From: Lama guanicoe
Lineage: Eukaryota
DNA length: 64,000 nt
Assembly (NCBI GenBank): GCA_013239625.1
Contig: MU053472.1
Coordinates: 1,939,236-2,003,235 of the forward strand
Reading direction: 5' to 3'
The notes beneath the pieces were generated by a model. It made no database searches, was not told where the DNA came from, and worked only from the letters and a program-made list of their open reading frames with translations. Shown piece after piece: positions 61,590 to 64,000 of this stretch. The translations under genes were made by a program, and so were the position numbers. Numbering within the stretch: position 1 is the first letter of the stretch; every line of letters starts with the position of its first letter.

Positions 61590-62560
61590 CTCAGGGTGTC
61601 GTGGGGCCTGTTGGAAGACCTAAATCAAACCCAGAAGGAATGTGGTAGACTCCCCAGCTGATCGGAGTCTTCAAAAGGATAAATAGGACCCAGCCAGGGA
61701 AGATGAGCATTCCAGGCAGAGGGAACAGCAGATTCAGAGGCCTGGGGGGTGAAGCCCAAGGTGGGGCATGGTGTGCAGAATCTGGAGAGCTGGCCAGGCC
61801 CAGGTGACAGACAGTGGTGCTCAGAAGATGGGGCTTTGTCCGGAGGAGAGATGAGGCAGATGTTCAGAATACATGGGAAAGAAGGTCATTCTGGTGGATT
61901 CTTCTAAGAAGAACTCTATGGAGGGGCAGGAAGACCAGTGTAAAGCTGTTGGAAGTACCCTGGTGAGAACTGATGAGGGCCTGAGCTCGGTGGCTGTGGG
62001 CTAGGGGACAGATTGGAGAGGGTGTAAGAGGGAAAATCCTCATGACTTCCTGATCAGCTGGCTGTGGGGATGGGATGGGGGAAAGGAGGGGTCTGGCTGG
62101 GGCCACCGAGAAGACAGCGTGGCCATTTGTTTAGGGACTAGAGAAGAGAGACCAAGTTTCGGAGCAGTAAGGTAACGGATTTGTTTCGGACGTGAGTCGG
62201 AGGTGCCTGTGGAACGTGTTTGGTCTGACACAAATGGCTTTGGAGGCCAGGAGGGACCTGAGTGAGAAGCGCAGTTGGGAAGTCAGTCTCATGTCCGTGA
62301 TGGTTGTGACTTTAAGAGTGGAGAAGTTCACCCAAGGTACTGTGTACAGAGAAGAGAGGAGGGCTAAGGGTGAAACCCTTAGAAGCACCAAGATTTGAGG
62401 AGCAGAAAGAGCAGAGCAAAGCCTTGGGAGAGACGTGGGGGTGGTCAGAGACGAGGAAGGAAGGAAGCATGGAGGAGGAAGACCAGAAGAAATGAAGGAG
62501 GCATGGGGATAGTCAGCCATGTCCCAAAGCGATCAGCTCTCCTTGACAGCATCTGGGTTG
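61590..62560 (-). mobile_element. L2 LINE
   Basis: GAGCATTCCAGGCAGAGGGAACAGCA...TGATGAGGGCCTGAGC...TTTCGGACGTGAGTCGGAGGTGCCTGTG...GGAGGAAGACCAGAAG. Confidence 0.85.
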
Positions 62561-62661
62561 CCACATGGTTATAACCGAGCGACCATGGTCTTAGGGGGAC
62601 AGTCACACAATTTTTCAATCTTGAGTGATTCTTCAAGCTAGATTTGGGCACGGCAGCTCTA

Positions 62662-62812
62662 GAGAAGTGCTTCCCAAAATTCCCAGGTTAAGAGTCAGAC
62701 CCTATCCCAGAACCACTGCATTAGAACATCTTGGAGACGGACCTGAGAGTCTGTTTTCAGTAAGCCCCCAGGTGATTCTTCTTTTAGGGAAATCTGGGAA
62801 TGATGCTCTGAA
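62662..62812. mobile_element. MER5A-family hAT MITE
   Basis: AGTGCTTCCCAAA...GAGTCTGTTTTCAGTAAGCCCCCAGGTGATTCTT...TGGGAA. Confidence 0.7.
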
Positions 62813-63111
62813 CCAGAGGTTCTCCCATAATAACCTGGGGGCTCTTCCTGACTACACACACCACAGCCCCACCCTCCCACCCTGCACACAGACAGATTCC
62901 GCCCTAAGGTTGCGGAGAAGCCCTGCAGTTATGATCCACTGTGACTGGTGGGACTCCTCAGATGTGCGGAAATGGAAATGCTGACCCACTGATCTATGGG
63001 AGAGTTTCTGAGCAACTGTCTGAGTATTCGGGAATCCGTTGGAAATCCTGCATTTAGACAGATAATTGGTCCAGCGCTACTTCTCTGAAAGCATTTGGAC
63101 TGGAACACCCT

Positions 63112-63130
63112 CACTGCCCTCTGGTGTAGA
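63112..63130 (-). promoter_or_regulatory. CTCF-like motif
   Basis: Minus strand reads CTACACCAGAGGGCAGTG. Confidence 0.45.
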
Positions 63131-63794
63131 CAGCCTGATTGCCCACTCCACTTTGTGGAATAATGGACCTGAATGTAATCCAGCATTTAAAAAAAAAACA
63201 AAACTTACCATCTATTAAAAAGCTGACTATTAAAGAAGTTTGGAAGAGACACCATATGTAGACAAAGAAGACATTTTATAGCTACTGCCATGGCAAGAGC
63301 TGACTTTCACTCGTTTATATGTTTAAGACCTAACACTGCTCACTGTCCCTAGCTGTGAAATTCGTGACACCTGCTTAATACATCTCTTCTCGGGAGCAGT
63401 TTTGTAAACAGGCCTTCATCTCTACTGAAGGTATTTACTAGGTGTAGAAGTTGTTCAGAGGGCCTGCGCCCTTTGTGTGAAATTACAGATCTCTCAAATG
63501 CAAACACGGTCATAAATGAATAGTCAGGAAAAATCATCTTTCCTAAACAATTGGCTTTGGAACATTACCTTTCCAGGATAAATAGAAATATTAATTGAAT
63601 TTATTTAATACTGCAGGGGGAAGGTGCCCTCTGGGTAGAGCACTCCGGAATGTCCCTCTAAGGGGCACTCCTTTTCGGAGTTATTTTAGAATGAGAGCTT
63701 TAAGGAGGGTGGCCGAGAAATGCCTTTATGAGCTCCCTTTCCAGACCCACGATATATACATACTTCAGATGAAAAGATAACGAAGTCTTGTTCT

Positions 63795-63870
63795 TTCATC
63801 CGTTCATTCAGTAAACATTTATTGGGCACCTATTACGTGGCCAGATCTGTGCTGCAGGCTCTGGGTTCTT
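63795..63870 (-). mobile_element. L2 3' end
   Basis: TTCATTCAGTAAACATTTATTGGGCACCTATTACGTGGCCAG. Confidence 0.8.
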
Positions 63871-64000
63871 TGGTATCTCTGGGACATCAGAACAACTTCT
63901 GGGTGAGCCCTTTTGATCCTGGAGGACAGCAGTGGAGGATCTTGTGCAACATGAAAGCTGCAGTAAAGACGTTCCTGGCAACCTCACATTCCTGGTTTAG

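Noticed and set aside
63620..63682. Short imperfect hairpins such as GGAATGTCCCTCTAAGGGGCACTCC
   Set aside because: Stems are too short for a pre-miRNA and no snoRNA boxes are evident
1..64000. CRISPR array, operon, prophage, ERV provirus or processed pseudogene
   Set aside because: No repeat-spacer periodicity, no dense coding region, no paired LTRs and no recognisable mRNA-derived sequence

Overview
Mammalian non-coding genomic DNA, very probably from a camelid. It carries three copies of a short tRNA-Ala-derived SINE of the Vic-1 type and two cetartiodactyl-type L1 3' ends; I saw no Alu, B1, Bov-A/Bov-tA or PRE-1 SINEs. I found no credible protein-coding exon, RNA gene, CRISPR array or prokaryotic system and cannot name a host gene. 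The window reads as a large intron (possibly of a + strand gene) or intergenic DNA, packed with ancient MIR, L2, L1M and hAT (Charlie/MER) fragments separated by repeat-free, motif-dense islands. The most notable signals are: a candidate recursive-splicing site with an RS-exon-like layout (14449-14530); a well-spaced TATA/Inr candidate promoter overlapping a K50-homeodomain palindrome (59163-59639); a triple nested insertion (Charlie4a containing MER58A and Vic-1); an apparently chimeric L1MB; and several CTCF-like motifs. Repeat families were assigned from remembered consensus sequences, boundaries are approximate, and all regulatory calls are hypotheses. Nothing here demonstrates a new biological system.
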